64,000 bases of DNA, taken from the human T2T-CHM13v2.0 reference genome, Homo sapiens. This document shows, piece after piece, positions 34,526 to 49,290 of the stretch. The translations under genes were made by a program, and so were the position numbers. The stretch is from NCBI RefSeq assembly GCF_009914755.1, contig NC_060943.1; one strand, written 5' to 3'. The notes under the pieces were generated by a model, which did no database searches, was not told the origin of the DNA, and saw only the letters and a program-made list of their open reading frames with translations. How positions within the stretch are numbered: position 1 is the stretch's first letter; every line of letters starts with the position of its first letter.

Positions 34526-35122
34526 AGAGTGTTAAAAACTTTATGTGTCGGGATTTATCAAGTCCCCTTCTTTTGCCCTAATCATTTGTTTTGTAGACTT
34601 GGAAGCTATGTTGTGAGACGTACAGGTTTCTGTTCATGGCAGTCACTCCACGGGGCTGATCCCTGGAATCCTCCTGAAGCTTTTGGGGACCTCACAACTG
34701 GGCCCTGGGCTCCACCAGGCTTCCTGGCCCCTGAGGGGCTGCCCAGCCTTCCTCACAGGCTGTCTGTGGTGGCCTGCAGGGCTCCTTGCTGTGTCTGACC
34801 AGCCTTCCTCTGTGGATACGGGCCCCACCCCTCACCCCATTTTTATATCTTTTTGCTCTTTTTGGTGGAAATTTGGGAGGGAGAGCGATTCAATCAATGA
34901 TGCTAGTTGCCATTTGTACCATCTCTTAGATCCTCTCTACAGCTGCTTTTTAAGGCATGGAAGTTCTTTTCCTGACTCCTCAGCTTAACTTCCTTCCTTA
35001 GCTCCAGCCTCACGCTTACTGGAGGTGAATGTTGTCCATTCCTGCGCCGCTCTTGGAAGGAAAGAATGTTTCCAGCCCCCTTGATGCCGTTCGTGGTGGG
35101 GGCAGAGAGCTGGTGGTGCTCA

Positions 35123-35664
35123 TGAGGTAGGAGATGGGCAGGACTCGTTTCTGGTCACAACCTTGCTGACCAAAACAAGATCTGGTCCAGACAAGATGAA
35201 GTGAAGAAACTGGTGGAAACCAGCAGATGGTGATGAAAGCAGTCCCGGGCTGCCCTCATTGCCCATTAGCATAAAACACACTTGCCAGCGCCATGACAGT
35301 TTACAAATGCCACGGCAATGACCCGGAAGTTGCCGCCCCTTTCACATCAGCAACCCGGAGTTTACTGCCCCTTTCCTGCAAAGCTCTAAATAACCCACCC
35401 CTTGATTTGCATTAACCTGCCTCCTTTCAATTTCAGTTTGCATGCAATTGAAAGTGGGTATAAATGCATATAAATACGGTTGTCAACAGCCAGTGCCTTG
35501 GGTGCACTGCCTGTGAGTTAGCCCTGCTTCACAAGGAGCAGTACTGTTCAATAAGATTGCTGTCTAACACCATCTGTTTACCTTTAAATTCTTTTCAAGG
35601 GTGTGTGAAGCCAAAGACCCTCCCAGGCTAGGCCCCAGTTTTGGGGCCCACCTGTCCTGCATCA
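35123..35664 (+). mobile_element. MER41-family (older subfamily) solo LTR
   Basis: Shares ccagcgccatgacagtttacaaatgcca.ggcaa with MER41; TG...CA ends; TATAAAT at ~35460-35475. Confidence 0.75.
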
Positions 35665-35807
35665 CTAGTAGCCTGGCCTGTGTGTTTGGTGGCCTGGGGT
35701 TGGAGATTGGGTTCTGGAGGGAGACTTCTTATGCCCCCTCTTGTCTGCGAGGCACGGGGACTTGGTGCACTGACCGGCTTGTTGACATGCCCAGCACTGG
35801 GTTGGGT

Positions 35808-35891
35808 TGAGCCCAGGAGTTCAGAAGACCCTGTCTCTACAAAAATAAAATAAAATAAATGAGCTGGGTGTGGTGGTGTGCACCTGTAATC
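35808..35891 (+). mobile_element. Alu internal fragment
   Basis: ttgagcccaggagttc...gtctctacaaaaa...gctgggtgtggtggtgtgcacctgtaatc. Confidence 0.8.
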
Positions 35892-36445
35892 TCACTTTCC
35901 AAAGTGACCTGTGGACAAGGGATCCCCTTTCCTGGGAAGAAGGAGAGCAGGTTACGGATGCTCAGATGTTTGTGTGCATTGAGATTGGACTTGGCAACAC
36001 CTGCACCTTGGAATATTCTGGGCAGTTAAACATCACTATGTTATCATTCAGTTCTCACAACAAAGCCCTGAACTGAGGTTGAGCTCATGTATGCGACCCA
36101 GTGGGATTTTCACCCGAGTCCTCTGTCTCTGGTCCCTTGTGGAGGTCACCTTTATGGGGGTAACTTCTGTAAGCAAAGCTCCGCACTCACGGAGCCCCTC
36201 TGTCTTTCCCCATGGAGGGTCCATCGAGCCCTTTGCACGGTGGTGGCCTAGCCCCCCATGGCTGGGCCATCAGGAAAGGGGTGATGCCCACTGCCTCACC
36301 ACATTCTGCCCTGCAGGCTGCTCAGTTCCTGCCCCCACTGCACGGGGGACCCTTGCTCCTTTGGCTCCCCCTGAATGGGCAGAGGAGCTGCCTCTCATCT
36401 GTTCTTCACCAGCAGCTCAAGAGGTCTTTTTAAAAGGACAGTTTC

Positions 36446-36747
36446 AGCCATGCACGATGGCTCATGCCTTTAATCCCAGCACTTTGGGAGGCTGGGGTGG
36501 GTGGATCACTTGAGGCCAGGAGTTCGAGACCACCCTGGGCAACACAGGGAGATTTCATCTTTACAAAAAAAAAAAAAAAAAAAATAGGCGGGTATGGTGG
36601 TGTGTGCCTGTAGTCCTAGTTACTCAGGAGACTGAGGCAGGAGGATCACTTGAGCCCAGGAGTTTGAGGCTGCAGTGAGATGGGATCGCACCACTGCACT
36701 CCAGCCTGGACAACAGAGTGAGACCCTGTCTCAAAAATGAATAAATA
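36446..36747 (+). mobile_element. Alu (AluJ-type)
   Basis: Alu dimer. Confidence 0.92.
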
Positions 36748-36760
36748 AAAGGATGATTTC

Positions 36761-37073
<313 letters not shown>

Positions 37074-37987
37074 TTGAAAGGACAATTTCGTACATCACTC
37101 CACACCCAGCTACATCCTTGCCTGGAAGTGCCCTCCCCTACCTACTGCCTTTCCACTCTAGGTCTCACCTTGATTGTCCTGGCATGGGGGCCTTCCATGG
37201 CACAGACCAGGGCAATGCTGTGGTCCCTGGCTCAGGGACTGTCTTTGCCCCACGGGGAATGCTGTGAGGGGGTGCCTGGAGTCCCAGCGTTACGCATTGA
37301 CCAGCGCATGGTGAGTGCTCAGTGAGGGTTCCTGGAACAAACGGATGAGGTAAAGGTGGAGGGGCAGGAGGAAGGAGGTGGTGAAGGGAGGAGGGGAAGA
37401 AGAGGAGAGGAAAAGGTGGTGGAGAGGATTGTTCCTGAGCCCAGCTCTGGGTTCTGCCTGTTCCCGAACGCCAACCTTTGCTGCACTGCTCCCAGTGGGT
37501 GCCAACTCAGAATGCCTGTTTAAGTCACTCCACAAAACTCAGCTTCTCAATCTGTTTTATATTTGCAAGGGCCAGATCCACATTCCTTTTTTAAAAGTCA
37601 AGCTTCTGAGACAGTCATTTATATTCACAGTGATTCTCCTTTCAAAGACTGCTTTGCATGGGGCGTGTAGAGTCATGGATCTTAGGGACTCTGCCAGGAA
37701 AGGCTCAGGGTCACACAAAGACCCCGTGATGGTGTCTGTGTTGTAGAGGAAGACCGAGGAACTCTCCAATATGCCTGGGTGGAGGTATCTTCAAATGGAC
37801 AGGATGCGTGGCCGGAGCCTGCCGTCCATCCACTGAAAAGTCACTTTCTGAAGTGACCCCTGGACAAAGGATCCTTCTTCCTGGGAAGAACAGCTGGTTA
37901 TGGATGCTTCAGATGTTTGTGTGCATGGAGATTGGACTTTGCAACACCCACACTTTGAAATATTCTGGACAGTTAGTTAAAAAGCAT

Positions 37988-38270
37988 CAGGTGGCCCACA
38001 CCTATAATCCCAGCACTTTGGTAGGCCGAGGCAGGAGGATTGCTTGAGCCCAGGAATTCGAAATGAGCCCGGGCAACATAGCAAGACCCTGTCTCTACAA
38101 AAAACTTAAAAATTATCTGGGCCTGGTGACTCGTGCCTGTGGTCCCAGCTACTCAGTGGGCCAAGGCGGGAGAATCACCTGAGCCCAGGAAGTCAAGGCT
38201 GCAGTGAGCTGTGATGGCACCACTGCCTCCGGCCTGGGGGACCTAGTGAGACCCTGTCCCCCAAAAAGGT
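37988..38270 (+). mobile_element. Alu (AluJ-type)
   Basis: Alu dimer, slightly 5'-truncated. Confidence 0.88.
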
Positions 38271-38286
38271 TTAAAAAGCAGGAGGG

Positions 38287-38905
<619 letters not shown>

Positions 38906-38966
38906 AGAGATATATGGATTTAGAACTGGGAATCTATATGGTTTACCCTGAGCTTCTGGGATTTTC

Positions 38967-39249
38967 TTTTTTATTTATTTATTTATTTATTATTATTATA
39001 CTTTAAGTTTTAGAGTACATGTGCACAATGTGCAGGTTAGTTACATATGTATACACGTGCCATGCTGATGCGCTGCACCCACTAACTCGTCATCTAGCAT
39101 TAGGTATATCTCCCAGTGCTATCCCTCCCCCCTCCCCCCTCCCCCCTCCCCACAACAGGCCCCAGAGTGTGATGTTCCCCTTCCTGTGTCCATGTGTTCT
39201 CATTGTTCAATTCCCACCTGTGAGTGAGAACATGCGGTGTTTGGTTTTT
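38967..39249 (-). mobile_element. Young 5'-truncated L1PA2/L1PA3 insertion
   Basis: ttatactttaagttttag.gtacatgtgcacaatgtgcagg...cccactaactcgtcatctagcattagg; TSD tgggattttc (38957 and 39250). Confidence 0.92.
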
Positions 39250-39444
39250 TGGGATTTTCATTTTTATTTCTTTGAGTGATTATGTTAAGTGGCTTACCCA
39301 AAAAAGTTCACTGGACATCTCAAAAGGTTATTTGACAGATGATTTAAAAAAAATTATACTGCCATTTTTATGCATGTGCTTAAATATCTCAAATTGTTTT
39401 CTAAAATTGGTTGGGAATATATTTGCTTTTTTCCCCCCTTTATC

Positions 39445-39955
39445 TTGCCCCATCCCCTTCCCAGCCTCTGGTTACTGCCAATCTTGTCTCTGTCTTCATG
39501 AGATCCAATTTTCTGGTTCCCACGTATGAGTGAGAACATAATGATATTTATCTTTCTATGCTTGGCTTATTTCACTGGACATAATGGTCTCCAGTTCCAT
39601 CCATGTTGCTGCAAATAACAAGATTTCATTCTTTTTAATGGCTAAATACTATTCCATTGTGTGTATGTACCGTATTTTCTTTATCCATTTATCCACTGAT
39701 GGGCACTTAGGTTGATTTCACATCTTGACTATTGTGACTAGTGCCGCAATAAACGTGGGAGTGTAGATATCTTTGTAATACGCTGGTTTCCTTTCTTTTG
39801 GATATATACCCAGGAGTGGATCATATGGTAGTTCTATTTTTAGTTTTTTTGTGGAATCTCCATACTGTTCTTCATAGTGGCTGTACTAATTTACATCCCC
39901 ACCAACAGTGTACAAGAGTTCCCCTTTCTCCATATCCTTACTAGCATCTGTTATG
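39445..39955 (-). mobile_element. L1MA-type 3' region
   Basis: cccacgtatgagtgagaacat...ccagttccatccatgttgctgcaaat...ggatcatatggtagttctattttt. Confidence 0.85.
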
Positions 39956-39998
39956 CCAGACAGACTATTTATAAGTGAATTATATTTGTAGTTTAGGC

Positions 39999-40213
39999 CA
40001 GAGGTCAGCAGACTTTTTCGTAAACGACCATGGAGTAAATATTCTAGGCTTCATGGACAAAAAGGTCACTGTGGAAGTCACTCAATTGCCATCATAATGT
40101 GAAGGCACCCACAGATGATACAGAACAGGCGTGGCTGTGTTCCAATAAAACTTTATTTCCAGGAACAGGTGGCTGGAGGGTGTGGTCCATGGGCCACAGT
40201 TTGCCGAACACTG
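39999..40213 (+). mobile_element. MER58A hAT-Charlie DNA transposon
   Basis: cagaggtcagcagacttttt...gtaaatattctaggctt...ggctgtgttccaataaaactttattt...agtttgccgaacactg. Confidence 0.85.
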
Positions 40214-41367
40214 GTTTAATGGATTGCAAGACACAGATGGGTATGGAAATGGAGGAAGATGGCAAATGGAAATGTGTTGGACATTTAATCAGAACTAGCA
40301 TGTCGAAAGGATTGTTTGAGTATCTTCAAAACTGAAAAAAAAAAAAAGCTTTTCTCAAGTGCAATCCTGTAGCCTCTTCCTGCTGGACCAGGGTGAGGCT
40401 GGGGCCGCAGAACCCAGGAGCAGTGTCCCCCAAGGAACACTTCCTCTGTGACTCCTGATGGGTAGAGGGTGGAGGGGATGGGCAGGCCTTCCTCAAGCCT
40501 GAGTTTGCACATGGTTCACACTCAGTGGGCATCCGGGAAAGTGATCAGGGCCCCAGTGGCCCACCCAGCTCTGGGCAGGCAGCAGACAAGGTCAGACTGG
40601 GGTGGACAAATGACAAAATGACATCCTCAGGTTTGGGAGGGGACAAGTGGTGTCTCTGCAGCTGGAGGCCGAAAGGCAGGCCTCTGGCTCCGGGACGGGG
40701 TGTCGGAAACGGCTGTGCCCCACACAGCTTTCTCGTGGATCATGTCTGTGCAGGTGCCTTGGGGCCTGAGAAAGAAGCAACGTTGGCTGCACAACAGGAA
40801 AGGCCCATTAGTGCCTGTCGATGTAGGCCACGCTAATTAGTCACGTGGCTGGAGATGGAGCAGTCTTATCTGGAACTGAGCCCTTCATGCCCCACAGGAC
40901 TGTGAAAGTCAGGGGGTACACATAGGGAAGATGGGCTTTCTTCTCCCCTCCATGCCCGTGGAAGCCCTCCAGGCTGAGTGTGAGCATGTGTGTGTGTGTG
41001 TGGACCCTGCAAATAGATGTGGCAGAGAAACAGTCACTAGCAGACAAGGACTCCGCTGTCTCCTCCTCCCAGCCTCACGGGGAGAAATCTGTCTGCCTCG
41101 CGTTTCTAGAGTCACAGTGATGACAAAAAGGAGGCAGAGCTCACGGATCCAGGAATGGGGTTACGCGGAGACCAGCAGAGTTACACTGCAGAGAAGAGAA
41201 GGAACCGGAAGGTGGGAGGGTCTGGGGCAGGTGGCCGATGGAGCCCAGAGGCTGGGCATCAGGGAAGAGGGTGCCGGGAGAGGTGGGAGAGTGGGAGGAG
41301 AGGGGTATTGATGGCATGACCAGTGGAATTCCTCTTGTTAGTAAGATTTGAAGATAGACTTAATTAG

Positions 41368-41984
<617 letters not shown>

Positions 41985-42029
41985 TAGGAGAAAGCCTTCC
42001 TGCAGCCCCAAACGGAATTTCCTCCCCTG

Positions 42030-42720
42030 CTTGAAGTCAGATCCAATTCACACCCTCGCGCAGCCCGACGGCTGGCGCTGGCTCTGTTTGGTAACATCGC
42101 AGCAAACGGCCACCTTGTCTCTATTTTGGTTCTTGCTTTGCCACTTCTCTCTGCACCTTTCAAGAAGTGTTCCTTCCTTCTGGAAGGCTGGGGTGGCAGG
42201 CTCCCCCAGCTCCTTCCCATTCTGGTAAATTAAGGAACAAACGGTGCCAAATTGTTCTTGTCTGTTTTGCGAGATGATTCGTAACCAGCTTGTTTTCTTT
42301 TCCTCCATTGAGCGAATGCATTAAAACTAAAATTAAATCATTACCCGCAGCACAGACGACACTCCCCCTCATAATTACATCCTCTTAATGGGCATTTGAG
42401 AGCCCAGCTCATTTTAATGCTTGCTGGAAAACGTCTCAGACACATTTATTTATTTTTTTTTAGGTTTAAAGGTCAACAAGAATATCTTACCTTAATTTGA
42501 CAAGTACGCAAGAAATAATGCAAGACTCGTTTATGTTCAGGTAATGCACAAAGAAATCTATAAATCAAGCTGAGGGAATATTAGATGATGCCATATCGGA
42601 ACCATCTGCCTTCATTCTCGGAAGAATCGATACCACAAAGAAAGCGCCGAAGACGTAGATTTATGCCCTTGTGTCGGGGGAAAAATATCGGCTGTTTTTA
42701 GAGTCACTTCATATCCTAAA
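42030..42720. promoter_or_regulatory. Candidate conserved non-coding element
   Basis: Repeat-free, AT-rich yet CpG-retaining; many TAAT/ATTA cores. Confidence 0.45.
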
Positions 42721-45504
42721 ACAACAGGGCCTGAGGAAAAGAATGAGAGTGGGCCTAACCCCGAGTGAATGCGTCAGACAGCACATCTGACACTCGGTTT
42801 TCGATTGTCTCTGCTGGAGAAAGAATGGTCCCAAGGTCCTTTCATCCCCATGACTCTGCCCCGTCTGCTATTGTATTTATTTGAGAGGCTGCCAGGAATG
42901 TTGAGATGGCGTGGAAGGGAATTAACTAAATTGCATCTGTGTGATTGTTGCCAGGGGGTGGAGGCTTGTAGAGCTCGGGGACCCTGGGTTTTCCATGCCA
43001 TGCACACTGCCTAACACTCTGCCCTCCTTGGGAGAGCCTTCGCTGGCCTTCATCATGGAGCTGGGGGAACATACAACCTCCACCATATTGGATGTTGGGC
43101 TTGTCCAAAGATGTGTCAAATGGGAAGAGCTGTCTGGGCTTTGTGAGGGGGGAAAGATAGCCTCCGAGCAATTAGGGTTTGGAAAAATAGGGTAATCATC
43201 TTACCACCTACCCCAGAAGTGGTCATGAAGAGCAGCAGCTCTCCAGGGAGGTGGAAGGGAGGAAGAACAGATCAGGTGACCCTCTGGCAAGTGTATGAGA
43301 ATCTCCAAGGAGGGAGGGGAAGAGTTGTAAGACTTGAATATTGAATAATTGGAGAGGCTTTTTTTGTGGGGGGCTTCAAAATATAAAGTTATATTTTTAT
43401 AATCAAATGATAGAAATAAAGGCTTTTCATCTTTTCCTGGGGGTAGAGCGCTGCAGAATTTTGAATAAAAGAGATTTGGAGATTCTGAGATTTTGCTTCG
43501 TGACACTCGTATTAGGATATATGGACTCTCGTGCGTGTGTGTCGCCATTTATACTGTGGTTCCCATCACGGGTCAAAAACAAGCATTTTCTGTTTGAACG
43601 TGAGGATATGCTTAGAGGAAGAAAGTTTGATTTTTGTATTTATAACAGAGTAGCACAAAAATGGGTCCGTGAGCCTCGGGAAACGTATTTGTGTTGCATC
43701 CTTAGTTTTATCCTTTCAGGAGTTGAAGTTGCTTCTAATGTTATGAGAGGGAAATCAAAGGGCCCCCGCTAAGCAGAATCGTTCCCATCAGCCACAGGCA
43801 CCAGTGCACTGTGCTCATGACCTTTTGTGCTAAACAAACCCACAGACACACATACGCATTCCTGCTTCTTGGAGCCCGGGTGTGGATGGATGCCTGACCT
43901 GCCCCATCACCCTTTGGCTACTGGCCACAGAGTTCACATTGTCACAGAGTTCACATTGCCATCTACAAACCAAACATGAACATTAGGACTCTCGTTTTTG
44001 TTTTCTTTGTCCCTTTTGGGTGTAGCTGAAAATGATACTTGCAGCTCATATCAAAGATGGATTTATGTCTATTGCAAAGATGGCGACGTGCACCTTCCTG
44101 GAGGTGCTGGCAAATTCCAGGCAGTGAAGCCAAACCACTCTCGTGCCTTAAATAATGTTGGATCAAGATCATGTGAAATTTATTCTAAAACCTGTGGTTT
44201 TTATTTCTTCCTGCAAAGCTCCATTCTCTGCTTCACATGAGAGAAATTAGCAATGAAGCACCTCGTCAGGATCCAAAACGCCTGCCACCCATCTGTGCAA
44301 AACCCTGGCAGTCCTGGAGGAGACAAATCCTCACCTTCCTGGAAAACTTCCATGAAACCTGCAGTGAGGGCAGCCAGACCTTAACTTGGCAAAGAAACTG
44401 TGAAGGCAGCCTGGAGTGCCAAACTATTAACTTAGTGAGGGTGGCAGGCTTCAAGTTTTGCAGAAGCCCAAATCTATTATTTAACTATTAGTTGTGATGA
44501 ATGGATGATGAAGGGAACCAACGTAGATATGCATGAGGCATGGCCGAAGATGATATCATTGAGGAAATGCTGTTTTCTTAAGCTTTGGTGACTAACTATA
44601 GAATTGATTATGTCTTTGAACTGGAGTCAAATTTCTTCTAAGTGAGCCGAATTGGAAAATAATATTAAACTTCCATTAAGGGTGTTCCAGAAATGCCGAA
44701 TTCAAGACAAGGATTGTGTGCGTTTCTGTGTGTGTGAATACAAGGGGAAACCTTACAGATATTTGCAGAATATACTCCATCATTTCCTGCCAAGCATCAG
44801 CTTCTAGTATTTCGCCAAGTTTTTTAGAAGACTTCAACCTTGTTAGCAAAGTAATTAAGCAGAAAGAAAGAAAAGAAAAAAACAAAACCCACAAAAATGA
44901 AAACAAAACCCCAATGCATTGAGTGCCTTGCTGTTTTTCTGATTCTGTGAAGTTGAATATCAGTGAATTCAAATTGCACACTGGGTTCTTCTGATATGAA
45001 CTGAAATTGTCAAAGATGTTGGGTGAGTCTATGGGCTGAAGTTTACCGTATTTTTAATCATCTGAGAAAAGACCAACTGCACCAAACTTTCAAAATTGAT
45101 CATTCTGAATAGTGCTTGGCATACTCAGCAGACATGATTGAAATAGTTTTGCAGACACAGCGTAAACATAAAATACCAACCCCATCACCTGTCCTGACAC
45201 ACACCAGCAGTGGTAGCCCAGGGCCAGCGCTGGCTGCAGAGGCATGGTGCCAAGATCGGCTGCTCATTTTCCCTTCTTGATGAATGCTTACGGGCCAGTT
45301 TCTGGAAGCCCTTTCCAGGAGCGTCACATTTTTCTGTGGGTCTGCCTGCAGCCCGAGCTCCTGAGACATTTCCTAAAGACCTCCATTAGAAGCTTCCACT
45401 GCTCCCCTTACTGGCAGGCGTTCAGCCTTTGCCAACTGCAGGTTGATGGAATTGTCGGAGAGAGAGCATGTCGGGGGGCTCTGTTCATCTCCCCTAAAGT
45501 AGTC

Positions 45505-45735
45505 ACTGACATGAGCAACACTCCCTGTATGCCAGGCACTGCTCCCTTATTGCCCATTTTGTCCTCGTAATAATCTTGCAAGGTAGCCACAAGAGATTAT
45601 TACTCCCATTTTGCAGATGAGGAAACTGAGGCATGAAGAGGTTAAGTAGCCTATGTAGCTGGTAAGTGGAGGAGCCAGAGTCTGGACCCCGGCATCCTGG
45701 CAGTTCCAGCCTCCTTCTCCCAGTCATCACTGTAT
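45505..45735 (-). mobile_element. MIR SINE
   Basis: cccattttgcagatgaggaaactgaggcatgaagaggttaagt. Confidence 0.9.
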
Positions 45736-46189
45736 GTTCCATTGTTCCGTTTCTATTTCACTCACATATAACGAGCAGCTAAGTTTCCTGAGTTTTTGGA
45801 TATGACAACAAGCAGCGGGGGCCCAGCTTACTGAGAAGAGTGAATTACAGTTTTTTCAAGATCCAGAATATCCACATCAGAAAAGCTCATGGCCGGCAAG
45901 TGTGATATCAACACACGTTGATATCACAGCATCAAAGTAAAAACTATGTAATTTTCAACATCCAAATAAAGCCTTCTTTGAAAAGCACCGATTTTCACAT
46001 GAGAATGGTGGACAGATTTCCACATCCTGGCCCGAGATTTCTCACCGATCCTGTTGCTGTTGTCTCTTCCCAGGCCAACCTGTTTCTGCCTGGCCTCTTC
46101 CTCCAAGGCCAAGAGGGGTCCTGCCAAAGTCCAGGTCAGAGAGTGTCCTCCCTCTGCTCCTGTCTCATTCAGAGTCAAAGCCAAAATCA

Positions 46190-46585
46190 CTGGAGTGGCC
46201 CACATCACTGCCCCCCATTGCTTCTCTGACCATATCTTCTTTCGTGCTTCTTTATGTCTCTCCAGACACACTGGGTGTCAAGAGTGCTGTCACCCCAGGG
46301 CCCTTGCACAGCTGATTCCCTCTATAACCCTTGGTTCACATGTTGCCTTCTCAGTCAGAACTCCTCCCACATACTCACCTTTGGCCTCAAGCTCTCCCAG
46401 TCCTCCTCCCCCTACTGTGTTTTTCTTCTGTCCTTAGTATTTCTCACCCTCTAAGGTTATATATAATCTGCCTCTCTCCTGCTTGGAGTGGAATTCTATG
46501 AGGGCAGGATCTTTGTTTTGTTCATGAATGGATCCCAGTTGCCTAGAATAGTGCCAGGCATGTAGTAGGTGCTCATTAAATATTT
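46190..46585 (+). mobile_element. L2 3' end
   Basis: tgagggcaggatctttgttttgttca...gcctagaatagtgccaggcatgtagtaggtgctcattaaatattt. Confidence 0.75.
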
Positions 46586-46880
46586 ACCACATGTGTGATT
46601 TACCTCCAGAGGGGAGGAGGGTTGCAAAGGGAACCCCAAGTATTGGTAATTGTTTTATTCTTTAAGCTTGGGTGATGAATGTGCTGGTTCTTCTTTATGT
46701 TATTTACCTGTATGTATGTGTATGTATGTATATATATGTGTGTGCATATATATACACATAAATATATTCTGCATATCTGAAATGTTTCATATTAAATTTT
46801 AAAAAATCAAACAGGATCAAAAAGTAAAAGAGGTGTATGGTTTATATAAGTGGTGGAATCCTCTTCTCCATTGAAAGTAT

Positions 46881-47195
<315 letters not shown>

Positions 47196-48449
47196 CCCAT
47201 CAAAAGTATTTTTTCATCTTTGTGTACCATCTCATGTCAGCGACGGAAAGTGCAAGTTCTTAGGCAGATGTGTTTGCGATGGGGGAAGATGCGGAGAAAC
47301 AGGAAGAGAAGCTGGGCAGGGACTCTGACTGGCCGGGCAGTCGGGGCCCACACAACCAGAGGAGCTGACTGTCAAAGCAAGAGTGTTGGGGAACGATGAG
47401 AAATGAGGTGGAGAGTTAGCCAGGATGAGACGGCCCTGGGCCAGCTTCCGAGAGCAGGACGCTTGGCGTGGATGTCTGACCACCCTTGGCAGGGGAGCCT
47501 GCATCTCTCTGACAGAGGAGAGGAAGAAAGAGAAATGACATTTTCTGAGCCGCCAAGAAAGAAGAGGCCTGAATGGGGAAGGGCTGAGTTCAGGGACCTG
47601 GATGAAGACATCACGTGGGGTGACGCTGTGGTTGAGGATGGACCCAGGCAGGACGCGCCCAGGTCCACCACTCCCTGTGACCCCATGAGATTCCCCAAAT
47701 CCTCAGAAGGGGAGACACTTCCTGGGTTTGCAATCACCTCCAGTTTATGTATATAGCCAGAAGGAGTAGGAGTCCAGATGTGGAACCTCTGACCCAGCCC
47801 AGGGCTGTGTGGTCCGTGGGCGAGGTGAGCTGGCCAATGTCCGGGTGTCGTGGCTGGGAGGACACAGCTGGTCCCCGTGCCCGCCAAGCAGCTTCCCAGA
47901 TATCGATCAGTGCCTCTGGTGAGCATGACTCCTTCTGAGGAGTCCCATTGATCAGGCCAGATGGAAAACTAGTAGCTGTGATTGGGACGAGTGAATATTC
48001 ATTTGGAAATGTCAATGAGTAACTGGAGATGATGCCTGCAGTGACTTGCCTGGCAGGATCAATTCCAGACATGAGGTGAACCAGACGTTGGCGGGGACCT
48101 AAGGTGGGAGCCAGGGACCCTGGGTGGGGCAGGGGGAGTGGTGGAGGCCAGAGAATGTGTAGGACAGTGAGGTCAGACACATTTCCCTGCCTCCCCACCC
48201 CCAGTTCTGAGGCTCTCTTGTCTGTCTGGGGCTTTTGTCTTCAAGTGTGGCACTCCTTGCACAGTGGCCACCAGGCCGGAGGACGTCTGTGTGTGTGTGG
48301 AAGGGGTTGAAGGGTCCCAGGACGTGCACTTGCTGGAAGAATGCATGGGTCTGCTGAACCTGCCTTCCTCCTGGGCATGCTGGGAGGAGGGGCTGCAAGA
48401 AGGTCAAGCTGGAGGGGTCTCTAGGCTCTAGCTGAGACCCTTCTCCCAC

Positions 48450-48829
<380 letters not shown>

Positions 48830-49084
48830 TAGGGTCTCCTTGCACTGGGATGGAGGGATGGAGGGATTCAGCCACTTCACCCCAGGAGCTCTGGCCCTGG
48901 CTAGAGGCCTCCTGGACAGAGGAGGGAAGTCATCGCTGCTGGCCTGTGAAGGGGCCCTGTCAGCTTATTGCCAGGTGCACTGTCACCTAGGTGTGGCCTG
49001 CTACTTCCCCCAGTCCCAATTAACCATCTGCAGGAGCTGCCATCGGCATGGGGGAGGGGCTGGGTCCCACTCGTCTGTACAGAC

Positions 49085-49290
49085 TGCTCAGCTAATGAGG
49101 GGGTCTGTGAAATTTTTAATTACGGCTCCCATGCCTGGCTTAATTATTTGCATATGGCTTTTACAAGTGGGAAAAGGACGATTGCATGCAGCGCAGCACT
49201 TCTCCTCAGCCCCACGTTTGACTTTAATTAAAGGCAGAACCTGAGGTCTTTCCATCACTAATGATCGTGGAAAATTAGCTTCCAATTCCC
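49085..49290. promoter_or_regulatory. Candidate POU/homeodomain enhancer
   Basis: ATTTGCAT 49146-49153 abutting TAATTA; CTTTAATTAAAG 49222-49233; further TAAT sites in a GC-rich background. Confidence 0.5.
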
